A stretch of 64,000 nucleotides of DNA, from positions 416,001 through 480,000 of the forward strand of contig CP182352.1 of assembly GCA_048571215.1 (NCBI GenBank), read 5' to 3'. This stretch comes from Halarcobacter sp. (GTDB taxonomy: Bacteria; Campylobacterota; Campylobacteria; Campylobacterales; Arcobacteraceae). Position 1 is the stretch's first letter. Each line of letters starts with the position of its first letter. The notes under the pieces were generated by a model, which did not search any database, was not told where the DNA came from, and saw nothing but the letters and a program-made list of their open reading frames with translations. Positions 32,527 through 42,738 of the stretch are shown here, one piece after another. Both the position numbers and the translations under genes were made by a program.

Positions 32527-32985
32527 CTATTGAATTAGTTGTATTTTTATATTTGTTAAGGCATAAACATGCCTAGGTCCTGTTAAAAAGTCTTTTTTTG
32601 AATATAGAGAAAAACTCTCATTTTCATAGACCACAATAACCTCATTTCCAATAGTTGTATTAAACAGTTCGTTGTAGCTAAATACTACTGTATAGTTATC
32701 ACTTGCAGTTGCTAAAACAACTATTTGATTGAGTTTTTTTCTACTTTTTATATCTATTTTTGCTTTTTGTATTAACTGTATTAATAAAACACCATTTAAA
32801 TCTTTTGGTTTTTGTTTTTCTTCTCCTGATGCACAAACAATATTTACATTTTTTATTGTGCTGTGAGGAATTCTCTCAAATTCTTCTTTTGTTAATCTAT
32901 AAGGTTCTTTTATTTGACCATTAACACTTAAAGATAAAGCGAAGATTTGTAAAGAAGTGAATAATAAAATTAAAAATATTTTCAT
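32527..32985 (-). CDS. Exported protein resembling the molybdopterin-oxidoreductase (sulfite oxidase-like) small domain
   Basis: Signal peptide; LSVNGQI, VCASG, GVLL, ASDNYTVVFSYNELFN and D..GPRHV. Confidence 0.7.
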   Translation of the reverse strand: MKIFLILLFTSLQIFALSLSVNGQIKEPYRLTKEEFERIPHSTIKNVNIVCASGEEKQKPKDLNGVLLIQLIQKAKIDIKSRKKLNQIVVLATASDNYTVVFSYNELFNTTIGNEVIVVYENESFSLYSKKDFLTGPRHVYALTNIKIQLIQ

Positions 32986-33006
32986 ATATAACTCCAAGTT
33001 TTTGTA

Positions 33007-34932
33007 TTAAAAAGTGTATTTCATATTTAAGAAGTATTCTCTTCCTGGCTCATAAAAACCTAAATCATAGTAATAGTTTTCATCAAATAAATTTTTAATA
33101 CCAGCTTCAAAAGTCATATCTTTGTAGTTATATGATATTTTTGTATCTACAGTTGTATAATTACTCTTATCATATGAATTATCTCTATATTGTAAATAAG
33201 TATCTCTATCATGTTTTATGTTTGCATAAATATATAAATCTTTTGTAATATCATATTTTCCATAAACAAAAAATGAGTGTTTAGGTAGACTAGTTCTAAT
33301 ATATCCACTATTATTTTTATCTTCAACATCTATGTATGAGTAATTAAGCCCTGATGAAAATTTATCAAAATAACTATTTAGTTCAAGTTCAAAACCTTTA
33401 TGTCTAAAATCTCCTACATTTTGATTTTGAGACAAGCCACCAACATTTACATTTTCAATTGCATCAGAATATTCTGAAAGAAAAACATTTGTTTTTACGT
33501 TAAAACTTGTGTTTATAAGGTTAGAGTATGAGATTTCATAATGTGTAGCTTTTTCTGCATCTAAATCTGGATTTGCCAAACCTGTACCCATTTTTTCAGA
33601 ATATCTCTCTTTCATTGAAGGGAGGTGTGTTTTTCTTGCAATAGTAAAACTTATTTTTTGTTGTTTATCTATATCATAAAATAGTCCAATTTGCGGGTTA
33701 AAACTATCCATGCTACCTATATTAAAAGTCCCATCTTCATCCCAAATTTTATCATCATCCAATCTATCATAACTGATACCAGTAACTAAAGTAAGTGAAT
33801 CATTTAAAGAGTATGTATCTTCAAGAGCTAGAGAGATTGTTTTATCTGCATAATCTTCATTTTTTATATTATTTTCATCAAAACCTTTATGGGAATCATA
33901 TTTATAATTAAAAGAGCTAACCAATTCGTGATGAGTAAAAGGCATACCAAACTCAATTGAAGTACCATAACTATAATCTTCATATCTACTTCCCCAAGTT
34001 ACTTTAGACCAGTTAGTTTTGTAATTTTCTAAATAATTATCAAATTTATCATAAAACCATCTAGTTTTTAAATAATTGTCTCCAATTTTATTATCTGTAA
34101 AGGCATAAAGTCCTTCTTTATCCCATTGGGGCCAATCCCAGTATCTTGCTCGGCTTAAAGAACTATCATCTATTGTTGTTGAAGCTTGTTGTTTTTTCCC
34201 ATCAATTTTAGAATACATAATCGCATATTCACTATTTTCATTTGGTGTTAATCCTGCTTTTATACTATATTTTTTATCGTTTGATGAAGAGTGGATTCTC
34301 TCTTGTGATGGCTGATTGTTTGTATAATTGAAATCATCTGATAAATTAAAATGGTCTTTATCTTTAAGGCTTCCAGAAAACTGAATATAATAATCTTTTT
34401 GATTTGTTCCTAAGTTGATTGAAGTTGTATATTGAGCTAAACCAAAGTCATTATCAAAAGTTGTGCCTATACTTATGTCACCTTCAAACTTTTTTGTTGG
34501 TTTTTTAGAAACTAAGTTTACTACACCTGCCATAGTGTTAGCTCCATATTTAACAGAAGAAAAACCTTTGTAAATATCTATTTTAGATAAATCTGCTGTT
34601 GTAAATCTTCCATAATCAAAATTTCCATCATATGGAATATAAATAGGGATACCATCCATAAATACAGCAACTCTTGTTGAACTGAATCCTCTTATTGAAA
34701 TAGTTTTTTCAGCTCTATTTCCACTATTTGATAAAAATAATCCTGTACTTGAACTTAAGGCTTCTGAAATATCTGTAAAATCATGTAGTTGAATATCTTC
34801 TGAATATATTTCAGTAGAGTTATTTACATCTATTTTCCCATTAATATCAATTTCCCCTAAGCTAAACTGTTCTATATCATTAGCATATAAAATTGATACT
34901 AAACATATTGAATAGATAATCTTTTTTTTCAT
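33007..34932 (-). CDS. TonB-dependent outer membrane receptor
   Basis: ISIRGF, DGIPIY, YGANTMAGVVN, NLFDENY and terminal YTF. Confidence 0.95.
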   Translation of the reverse strand: MKKKIIYSICLVSILYANDIEQFSLGEIDINGKIDVNNSTEIYSEDIQLHDFTDISEALSSSTGLFLSNSGNRAEKTISIRGFSSTRVAVFMDGIPIYIPYDGNFDYGRFTTADLSKIDIYKGFSSVKYGANTMAGVVNLVSKKPTKKFEGDISIGTTFDNDFGLAQYTTSINLGTNQKDYYIQFSGSLKDKDHFNLSDDFNYTNNQPSQERIHSSSNDKKYSIKAGLTPNENSEYAIMYSKIDGKKQQASTTIDDSSLSRARYWDWPQWDKEGLYAFTDNKIGDNYLKTRWFYDKFDNYLENYKTNWSKVTWGSRYEDYSYGTSIEFGMPFTHHELVSSFNYKYDSHKGFDENNIKNEDYADKTISLALEDTYSLNDSLTLVTGISYDRLDDDKIWDEDGTFNIGSMDSFNPQIGLFYDIDKQQKISFTIARKTHLPSMKERYSEKMGTGLANPDLDAEKATHYEISYSNLINTSFNVKTNVFLSEYSDAIENVNVGGLSQNQNVGDFRHKGFELELNSYFDKFSSGLNYSYIDVEDKNNSGYIRTSLPKHSFFVYGKYDITKDLYIYANIKHDRDTYLQYRDNSYDKSNYTTVDTKISYNYKDMTFEAGIKNLFDENYYYDLGFYEPGREYFLNMKYTF

Positions 34933-34945
34933 TTTGTTTCCTTTT

Positions 34946-35959
34946 TTATATATTTAATATTTCATTAATTTGTTTAGATGTAAGTTCTTTCCCCATAAAT
35001 TTTTTATAGAATTTTTTAGTTTCATCAAACATATTTATATCTTTAAACTGTTCTGGATAAGCCTTTTTTGCAACCCATAAGATAGTTAAAACTTGTTCAG
35101 GAGTATAGTGTGTCCAAAAGTGTGCACCCATAGGCACTGCAAAAACATTTTTGTTTTTTACTGCTTTTAAGTCTTTGAATTTTGGATTGTTGTATGCTAG
35201 CTTTAAATCTTTTTTACCCCAAACAAAGAGATAATCTGGATTTAAAACAAAAAGTTTTTCCATATCAATTGATACATGCTCTTTGGTGATATGTTTTGAT
35301 GCAGCATCAACTCCTGCTTTTTCAAAAATAGTATTTGCAGTTGTTACCATGGGCATCGATAAGTTATCTAGTCTTAGATATAAAGCACTTTTTTTATTTT
35401 TTATATTAGTTGTTTTATCTTTAACAAGGTTTTCAATCTTTTCATAATAATTTATATACTCTTTTGCATGCTCTTGCATACCAAATAATTCACCAAGAAA
35501 ACTCATGCTATTTTTTATACTATTTTCTCCATGCCAATTTATTACAGCTGTTTTATAAGCTCTATTTTCCAAGTTTTTAGCACTAATTGGATTATTTACT
35601 AAAGCAATATCAAATTTTGTAAGAGCTAATTTTTCAAATAAAGGTGTCCATGTAGGTGGATTTGATGAAACTTGCGGAAGCTCAAAAAGTTTTGGCATAA
35701 ACCATTGTTGATGTTTCCAAAATGGCATCTTTCTTAATCTTTCATTTTCGATTCCATTTTGGATAATATCTGCTTTTTTAAAAGCAAATAAAAAAGCATT
35801 TATTGCAGGAGTTCCACCAACACTAACAATATTTTCAATCTTTTGAGGCACTATTATAGTTCTATTTGCCATATCTACTATTTGTTTTTCTTTTGCCAAA
35901 GCAAAACTGTTTACCATAAAAACAAAAAGTATTGTAAATAAAATATCAGACTTTTTCAT
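34946..35959 (-). CDS. ABC substrate-binding protein (siderophore/cobalamin helical-backbone class)
   Basis: DMANRTIIVP, NPD, LKAVKNKNVF and WVAKKAYPE. Confidence 0.88.
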   Translation of the reverse strand: MKKSDILFTILFVFMVNSFALAKEKQIVDMANRTIIVPQKIENIVSVGGTPAINAFLFAFKKADIIQNGIENERLRKMPFWKHQQWFMPKLFELPQVSSNPPTWTPLFEKLALTKFDIALVNNPISAKNLENRAYKTAVINWHGENSIKNSMSFLGELFGMQEHAKEYINYYEKIENLVKDKTTNIKNKKSALYLRLDNLSMPMVTTANTIFEKAGVDAASKHITKEHVSIDMEKLFVLNPDYLFVWGKKDLKLAYNNPKFKDLKAVKNKNVFAVPMGAHFWTHYTPEQVLTILWVAKKAYPEQFKDINMFDETKKFYKKFMGKELTSKQINEILNI

Positions 35960-35961
35960 GA

Positions 35962-38178
35962 TTAGAACTTATATACCATACTAATTACAGCTGAAAAAGG
36001 TGCCCCTTGATAATAAGAGGTTGAACCAGTTCTTGTATCATCAAGGCTATTTTTTACAACACCAACATATTTCTTATTAAAAATATTTTGTAAGGCAAGA
36101 GATATCTCAATTTTGTCTTTTTTTAGTACATATTTAGAGTTTAAATCAAAAACAGTATATGAGTCAACTTTTTCACTGTTTTGGGCATCCCCATATCTTT
36201 TCCCTACAAATCTTGCTAAAGGAGTGATAGTAAAATTTTCATATTTTAAATTTACTCCAATCTTAGCACCAACTTTTGCTACATCAGGGATTTGATTATC
36301 TTTTGCATTTAAATAGCTATTTGTTGCCAATAAAATATTGTCATCAAACTCAAAATTGTTGTAATACATAGAAGCAAATATTGAAGAGTTCTCAGATAGT
36401 TTGTAATTTGTCTCTATCTCAGCTCCCATAGATGTAGCTTTAGCATCACTTTTATAATAACTTAGATTGATACTTGGGTCATAAACAGTAACTTGCTTAT
36501 TTTTATATTTGCCATAAAAAAGGGTATTTTTAATAGTAAAGTTATCTTTTGAATATTGAGTAAAGAACTCTATATTATCTGATGTTTCAAGTTTTAACTC
36601 ATCCCATAAATCTTGTAAACTTATACCAGCACCTTGAAATGTTGAAACATTTGAATTATATACAGACCAAAGTGGACCTTGCCAAGGGTTTGCATAGTTT
36701 CTTGCATATCCACCACCAATTTTCCAATTTGAGTTAAGTGTATGTTCTAACATCAAACTTGGTAAAAGTTCATTTGAACTACTAGAATTAACTTGCATAC
36801 CAGTTTTTATTCCACTAGTTGCACTCATTGCTTCATCATATGATAAATCTTGTAAGCCAGAAGTGTTATACCCTGTAACAGCAGGGAAATCAAACATCAA
36901 ATATCTTAATCCAGCATTTAAATAAGTATTACCAAAAGTTTTTTCATAGCCTATATATGGTGAGTTTGATACTCTATCATCAATATCTGTAAGCATACCA
37001 GTAGATGCATATTTTAAACTACCATCTGCTTGAATACTATAAACCTTCATAAGTTGAGGAGGTGGAGTAGATTGCATTTGTTGGTACCACCAACCTCCAT
37101 ATAAGTTTCCACCTGCTAATGGATGTTCCAATGAAAGACTAATACCATATGCCTCTTGTTCTATTTTCATCTGTTTTACAATACCTTTAGAAGCATCACC
37201 TTGGTATCTAGTACCTTCGCTTCCAAAAGTGTATGGTTTTAGTTTTATAGAAGTATCACCGATTTTCCCATTTAATGAAGAGTATATAAAATATTCATGG
37301 AAATCTTGTTTGTTAAAATCATAATATAAAGCATCTTTAAATTTATTTCCTGTAATTGAGGTGTTGTAATCTAGCTTATAGTTTTCACTTAGATTTTGTA
37401 TCTGTGAATATGATAAAGGCATATATTCATCTCTATCAAAACTATTATAAGTACCAAAAAACTCCATATCAAAGTTATCAGAGAGATCTACAGTTGTCAT
37501 AGCTTCAATATTTTTTCTTTTTATATCACCTTCACCTTTGTATTTATCATTTTCCATTGTAGAAGTTGAAATAAATAGTTTAACTTTGTCATTTATTTTT
37601 CCACTATCGATTCTTATATGAGCTTTTTTGAAACTATCAGTTCCTGCACCTAGTGATAGAGTTACTCCTGCTTTATCTTTTGGTTTTAAAAGTGATAAGT
37701 CCAATGAACCAGATGTGGTACCCAATCCCAAGCCTTTATTTGCAGGAGTAAGTCCTGTAGTAAATTCTGCTTGTGTTAAATTTTCTTTATCTACAATATA
37801 TCCTGTACCGCCATTTCCAACATTTACTCCAAAAGGAACACCCTCAATAGTTGAACTTAACCTACTAAAAGTATCTCCTAATTGTCCTCTGATTCTAAGT
37901 ATATTTTGATCAACTGTAAGAGCATATGGATCGTGGGTTTCTATATTTACAGAAGGGATAAGTTGCAAACTTTTAAAATAGTTTGTAGAACTTGTTCCTT
38001 GTAAAGACTCTAATAAATCTTTATTTATGATTTTACTTTGATTAGTATCGTTTAAATCATAAAAATAGTTTAACTTTGTAGCCTTTATATCTATTGGCTC
38101 TAGTTGGATATTCCCCTCTTGTGCTAGTAATAAACTGCTTGAATAGCCTATAAGTAAAATTGATAAGCTTTTTTTCAT
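35962..38178 (-). CDS. TonB-dependent outer membrane receptor
   Basis: Signal peptide, LRIRG plug, NIFNKKY and terminal YKF. Confidence 0.92.
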   Translation of the reverse strand: MKKSLSILLIGYSSSLLLAQEGNIQLEPIDIKATKLNYFYDLNDTNQSKIINKDLLESLQGTSSTNYFKSLQLIPSVNIETHDPYALTVDQNILRIRGQLGDTFSRLSSTIEGVPFGVNVGNGGTGYIVDKENLTQAEFTTGLTPANKGLGLGTTSGSLDLSLLKPKDKAGVTLSLGAGTDSFKKAHIRIDSGKINDKVKLFISTSTMENDKYKGEGDIKRKNIEAMTTVDLSDNFDMEFFGTYNSFDRDEYMPLSYSQIQNLSENYKLDYNTSITGNKFKDALYYDFNKQDFHEYFIYSSLNGKIGDTSIKLKPYTFGSEGTRYQGDASKGIVKQMKIEQEAYGISLSLEHPLAGGNLYGGWWYQQMQSTPPPQLMKVYSIQADGSLKYASTGMLTDIDDRVSNSPYIGYEKTFGNTYLNAGLRYLMFDFPAVTGYNTSGLQDLSYDEAMSATSGIKTGMQVNSSSSNELLPSLMLEHTLNSNWKIGGGYARNYANPWQGPLWSVYNSNVSTFQGAGISLQDLWDELKLETSDNIEFFTQYSKDNFTIKNTLFYGKYKNKQVTVYDPSINLSYYKSDAKATSMGAEIETNYKLSENSSIFASMYYNNFEFDDNILLATNSYLNAKDNQIPDVAKVGAKIGVNLKYENFTITPLARFVGKRYGDAQNSEKVDSYTVFDLNSKYVLKKDKIEISLALQNIFNKKYVGVVKNSLDDTRTGSTSYYQGAPFSAVISMVYKF

Positions 38179-38191
38179 CTCTTCCCCTTTT

Positions 38192-38217
38192 CCTTGTATA
38201 ATTTAGTATATAACGAT
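38192..38217 (-). promoter_or_regulatory. ModE-like box upstream of the receptor operon
   Basis: Minus strand atcgttatata-N6-tatacaagg against consensus CGNTATATA-N6-TATATANCG. Confidence 0.65.
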
Positions 38218-38229
38218 AGATAAAAAAAT

Positions 38230-38988
38230 TTAGATTGCTAAACAGATCTTTCTATCATGTATATTTGTGATTTTTGATTTGATTTTATATACTGTCTCTA
38301 TATTTTCCTCTTTTATTATTGTGTGAGGATCACCTTTATCTAGTATTTTGCCTTCATTTAAAAATATTGCTTCATTTGAAACAAAAAATACGTGATCTGG
38401 ATAGTGGCTTGTTTTTATAAATGTTAAATCTTTTTTTGATAGCTCCTTTATTTTATTTAAAAGTTTATATTGGTTTCCAAAGTCCAATCCATTTACTGGC
38501 TCATCCATAATAAATATATCAGCTTGTTGAGTAATTGCTCTTGCAATTAGTACTAGTTGTCTTTGACCACCACTAAGTGTAGTATATATCTCATCTTTTA
38601 GATCTTGTATTCCTAAAATCTCTAAAGCACTCATAGATATTTTTTTATCTTCTTCATTGTAATTTGAAAATAAAGATTTATATGGCATTCTTCCCATCAT
38701 AACAACATCTTTTACCAAATATCCAAATGCTCCATCATGGATTTGTGGAATATAAGCTACTCTTTGAAAGAATTCTTTTGGCTTTATTTTTGATATAGGC
38801 TTATTATTAAAATATACTTCACCCTTCGAAGGTTTTAAAAATCCCAATAATATTTTTAATAAAGTGGTTTTTCCACAACCATTTGGACCTAAGATAGAGA
38901 TAATATCAGATGAATTAATCTCAAAATCCAAACCCTTTAAAATCTTTTTTTTACCATATGAAAACTCTAAATCTTCAACTTTAAACAT
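38230..38988 (-). CDS. ABC transporter ATP-binding protein (FecE-like)
   Basis: GPNGCGKTT, LSGGQRQ and MDEP; TAATG overlap with the permease. Confidence 0.95.
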   Translation of the reverse strand: MFKVEDLEFSYGKKKILKGLDFEINSSDIISILGPNGCGKTTLLKILLGFLKPSKGEVYFNNKPISKIKPKEFFQRVAYIPQIHDGAFGYLVKDVVMMGRMPYKSLFSNYNEEDKKISMSALEILGIQDLKDEIYTTLSGGQRQLVLIARAITQQADIFIMDEPVNGLDFGNQYKLLNKIKELSKKDLTFIKTSHYPDHVFFVSNEAIFLNEGKILDKGDPHTIIKEENIETVYKIKSKITNIHDRKICLAI

Positions 38989-39983
38989 TAACCCCATCCT
39001 TTTTTTACATTTTTAAGAGCATAAGCAAAAAATGGAATCCCAATAAGTGAAGTTAATATACCTATGGGTATCTCTACACTAAATAGTGTTCTTGATACAT
39101 TATCAATAATAAGAAGATAAATTGCACCAAGAAGTGCAGATATTGGTACAATGATTATATTATTTGAACCAAACAATAATCTTGCAATGTGTGGAATAAC
39201 TAATCCCACCCAACCAATCATTCCTGCTAATACAACAGTAAAAGCACTTATAAATGTAGCTATTAAGATAATTACAAATCTCATAAGTTTTACATTTACA
39301 CCTAAACTTTTAGCTTCCTCATCACCTAAGCTTAAAATATTAAGATATTTTGATAAAAATATCATCAAAAATATACCTAATAAAATAGGGATTGTAACTA
39401 TATAAATTGTTTGTTTATCAATCAAAGCTAAACTACCCATAAGCCAATAAACAATTGCAGGTAATTCATCATATGGGTCAGCCATATATTTTGTTATAGA
39501 CAACATTGAACTAAAAAAAGCTGAACTTACAACTCCACCCAAAATTAGAAGGATTAATTGATTTTGTTTGTTAAACATTGAGATAAATAGAGCAATAAAA
39601 ACAGCTGATATTCCAAATACAAATGATGAGGTTTGGATTAGCAAGAAGTCTTTAAAAAATATCATCCCCAAAGCAGCTCCAAAAGAAGCACCTGATAGCA
39701 CACCTAAAATACCTGGCGAAACCAAAGGGTTTTTAAACATAGATTGAAAAGCTACACCAGAGATTGCCAGTGAAGCTCCTATTAATACAGATGCAACAAC
39801 TCTTGGAAATCTTATTTCAATAATTACATTTTGCATCACTTGTGAGTTTTCTATTGAACCAAAACCTAGTTTAAATAGAAAAAAATTGATAATTTGACTA
39901 ATAGATAAGTCATATTGCCCTAATGATAATGAAAAAATAGACAATAGAATAAGTAAGGTTAATAGTACTAAAATCGATTTCAT
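38988..39983 (-). CDS. FecCD-family ABC permease
   Basis: IRFPRV, FKNPLVSPGILG, GDEEAKSLG and IGWVGLVIPH. Confidence 0.95.
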   Translation of the reverse strand: MKSILVLLTLLILLSIFSLSLGQYDLSISQIINFFLFKLGFGSIENSQVMQNVIIEIRFPRVVASVLIGASLAISGVAFQSMFKNPLVSPGILGVLSGASFGAALGMIFFKDFLLIQTSSFVFGISAVFIALFISMFNKQNQLILLILGGVVSSAFFSSMLSITKYMADPYDELPAIVYWLMGSLALIDKQTIYIVTIPILLGIFLMIFLSKYLNILSLGDEEAKSLGVNVKLMRFVIILIATFISAFTVVLAGMIGWVGLVIPHIARLLFGSNNIIIVPISALLGAIYLLIIDNVSRTLFSVEIPIGILTSLIGIPFFAYALKNVKKGWG

Positions 39984-39984
39984 A

Positions 39985-40896
39985 CTACAAACTTTTTAAA
40001 ATTTCATTTGAAAAAAGTTTTAAAGATTGTTTGTTTTTTTCTAATTCATTTGAAATCGGTTTTAATGCTAAATTAGTTATTCCTAACTCTTTTAATTGAT
40101 GGATTTTTTCTAAACAGGTTTTTTTATCTCCTATTATTCCATTTTCTATCCAATAGTTTTCATCATAAAAAATAGGACTAGAAATACCTTGTTGTTCCAT
40201 TTGCTCTCTAAACCTTTTTAAAGCTGGTAATGCTTCATCTATAGCTTCATCATTGCTACTTGCCATATAAAAACCTCTTGAACACATTAATCTTGGAGGA
40301 TTATTTTGTTTATGGGCGTTTTTGTACTGTTCAATCATCTTTTTAATAATATCAGTAGACCATAAATGAGCAACCATAAGCCCCAAATCTCTTTGGGCTG
40401 CAAAACTTATAGATGTTTCATCTTTTGAAGCTATAAATGTCGGAATATTGCCAATAGGTTTAGGGAATACAGCACTGTCATCTTTTAGATATGAAAATAT
40501 CTCATCTAGGTCTTGTAACATATGTTCCCGCGAGTTTTCGAAATCAAATAATTCATTTTGTTTGTTAAAGGGACCACCTTTTGCAACGCCAAAATTAAAT
40601 CTATTGTTACTGAGTATATTTAGTGTAGCAACTGCCTCAGCAACTATGATTGGGTTGTAAATAGGAGTTAGTACAGAAGCTGTACCAACTCTTATTCTTT
40701 TTGTTGTTGCAATGATATATGCCATAAGAGTCAAAATTGATGAGCTTAAACTAAATTTATTAAAGTGGTGTTCCGTAATCCATACTTCATCTAAACCTAA
40801 TTGTTCACCTAGCATAATCATTTCGTGTTGATTTTCAAAAGCTTTTGTAAAATTGTCACCCCAATTCTCATATAAAAGCATTAATCCTATATTCAT
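39985..40896 (-). CDS. Luciferase-like (LLM) flavin-dependent monooxygenase
   Basis: WITEHHF, TKRIRVGT, PIIVAE..ATL..LSNNRFNFGV. Confidence 0.9.
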   Translation of the reverse strand: MNIGLMLLYENWGDNFTKAFENQHEMIMLGEQLGLDEVWITEHHFNKFSLSSSILTLMAYIIATTKRIRVGTASVLTPIYNPIIVAEAVATLNILSNNRFNFGVAKGGPFNKQNELFDFENSREHMLQDLDEIFSYLKDDSAVFPKPIGNIPTFIASKDETSISFAAQRDLGLMVAHLWSTDIIKKMIEQYKNAHKQNNPPRLMCSRGFYMASSNDEAIDEALPALKRFREQMEQQGISSPIFYDENYWIENGIIGDKKTCLEKIHQLKELGITNLALKPISNELEKNKQSLKLFSNEILKSL

Positions 40897-40918
40897 CTTC
40901 TACCTACTTGCAATTTTT

Positions 40919-40955
40919 CGTTATGTATTGTAATATATAGCGGTGAAAAAGTCAA
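40919..40955. promoter_or_regulatory. ModE-like box overlapping a minus-strand sigma70 promoter in a divergent region
   Basis: cgttatgta-N6-tatatagcg (40919-40942); minus-strand TTGACT(40955-50)-17-TACAAT(40932-27). Confidence 0.75.
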
Positions 40956-41014
40956 CAGTTAAATATATAAAAATTGTATATAAAATATACATTTTTAAGA
41001 AAAAAGGAGTAAAA

Positions 41015-41974
41015 ATGAGGATGTTAGTGTTTTTTATGTTGATTATTGGGAGTGTTTATGCACAATCTAGTTTAAAAGTTTTTGGTGCTTCGCCACCTGC
41101 AACATATTTTTTGTATTCTATTGATCCACAAGCAATAGCTGGAAGAAATTATGCTTTTAACGATAAAGAGTTGGAATATCTAAATAAAGATATAAATAGT
41201 TTGCCTATTATTGGAGGGTGGTTTGGTCAAGGCAGAACACCAAACTTTGAAACTTTGATTAAAGTAAATCCAGATTTGATTATTACATGGAACTATAACA
41301 ATAGTTTTAAAAAAGTTGATGACAAACTACATAGTTTGGGATTTAAAACTTTTAGTATAAATATTAATTCTTTAAATGATTATATAGAAGCATATAAAGA
41401 TGTAGGTGAGATTTTACATATGCAAAGTAGGGCAGAAAAACTCTCTAATTATGTTGCAAATACAATGAAAGAATTAGAAGTTTTGAAAAAAAAGGTATCA
41501 ATAAAAAAAACAGTTTATTATGCAGAGGGGATAGATGGTTTGCAAACAGAGTGTAACAACTCAATTCATGCAGATTTGATTGAATATATAGCAGCTTATA
41601 ATCCCCATAGATGTGAAAACAAAGCAGGTTTTGGTAGAGATAGAATAAGTTTAGAAAATTTGATGATATATAACCCTGATATTATTATCACACAAGAGAA
41701 AAACTTTTTTGATAATGTATACAAAAATGAAAAATTACAACATATAAAAGCAGTAAAAAACAAGAAAGTATATTTCATACCTAAATCACCATTTAGTTGG
41801 TTTGATAGACCACCTTCGTTTATGAAAGTTTTAGGTGCACAATGGTTGGGAAATCTAGTTTATAAAGATATTTATAATATAGATATAAACCAAAGAATAA
41901 AAGAGTTTTACAAACTATTTTTAAATATTTCATTAACAAATGAAGAAGTAACAAATTTATTAGAAGGAAAATAA
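41015..41974 (+). CDS. ABC substrate-binding protein (helical-backbone class)
   Basis: LPIIGGWFGQG, NPD, IKAVKNKKV and PFSWFDRPPS; ggag RBS before ATG 41015. Confidence 0.88.
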   Translation: MRMLVFFMLIIGSVYAQSSLKVFGASPPATYFLYSIDPQAIAGRNYAFNDKELEYLNKDINSLPIIGGWFGQGRTPNFETLIKVNPDLIITWNYNNSFKKVDDKLHSLGFKTFSININSLNDYIEAYKDVGEILHMQSRAEKLSNYVANTMKELEVLKKKVSIKKTVYYAEGIDGLQTECNNSIHADLIEYIAAYNPHRCENKAGFGRDRISLENLMIYNPDIIITQEKNFFDNVYKNEKLQHIKAVKNKKVYFIPKSPFSWFDRPPSFMKVLGAQWLGNLVYKDIYNIDINQRIKEFYKLFLNISLTNEEVTNLLEGK

Positions 41975-41976
41975 TT

Positions 41977-42714
41977 ATGGAAAAATTTTGGGATTTTAAA
42001 TCAAAAAACTATCCAACAGCAATGGATGAAAATGGTTTGGTTACACCAAATAAAGTATTAACAAAAGTAAAAGATTTTGGTGTAGATTTTAAATCAAAAA
42101 GTGTTTTAGATATAGGTTGTGGGACAGGATTATATAGCTCTATTATTTCACAAGAAGCAGACAATATCTTAGGTGTTGATATATCAAGTGGGATGTTAGG
42201 AAGGTTTGAAGAGTTTATACAACTGAATAAAATTAAAAATATAGAATTAAAAAAAACAGATTTTAAAGAGTTTGATACAAAAGAACAATATGATATTGTA
42301 CTTTGTGCTATGACTCCTGCAATAAGCTCTTTTAGTGATCTAGATATAATGATAGATTTAGCAAAAGAGAGTTGTATATATGTTTCTTTTTCAAAAGATA
42401 GACATAGCCCAATTATGGATGATATCCTTACAAAACTAGGATATCCAAATAAAATGAAAAATAAATTTTTTGATACTAAAGAGTATATAAACTCTTTAGG
42501 ATACCAGACAAAAGAGGAGTTTTTTGAACACAATTGGTCACAAGAAGGAACTTTGGATGAGATAGCAAATGATGTATTACAACATTTAAATTTGCGAGAT
42601 ATAAAAATTGATATTTCTCAAATAAAACAGTTATTAAAAGTTTATGAAAATGATGGAAAAATAGTAAGAGAAACCTTTTCAACTATAGGAGTATTGGTTT
42701 GGGATAAAAATTAA
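41977..42714 (+). CDS. Class I SAM-dependent methyltransferase
   Basis: VLDIGCGTG, GVDISSGM and YDIV. Confidence 0.92.
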   Translation: MEKFWDFKSKNYPTAMDENGLVTPNKVLTKVKDFGVDFKSKSVLDIGCGTGLYSSIISQEADNILGVDISSGMLGRFEEFIQLNKIKNIELKKTDFKEFDTKEQYDIVLCAMTPAISSFSDLDIMIDLAKESCIYVSFSKDRHSPIMDDILTKLGYPNKMKNKFFDTKEYINSLGYQTKEEFFEHNWSQEGTLDEIANDVLQHLNLRDIKIDISQIKQLLKVYENDGKIVRETFSTIGVLVWDKN

Positions 42715-42738
42715 GAAGATACATAAGTATCTTCTTAA
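42711..42738. terminator. Bidirectional terminator
   Basis: ttaagaagatac-ataa-gtatcttcttaa. Confidence 0.75.
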
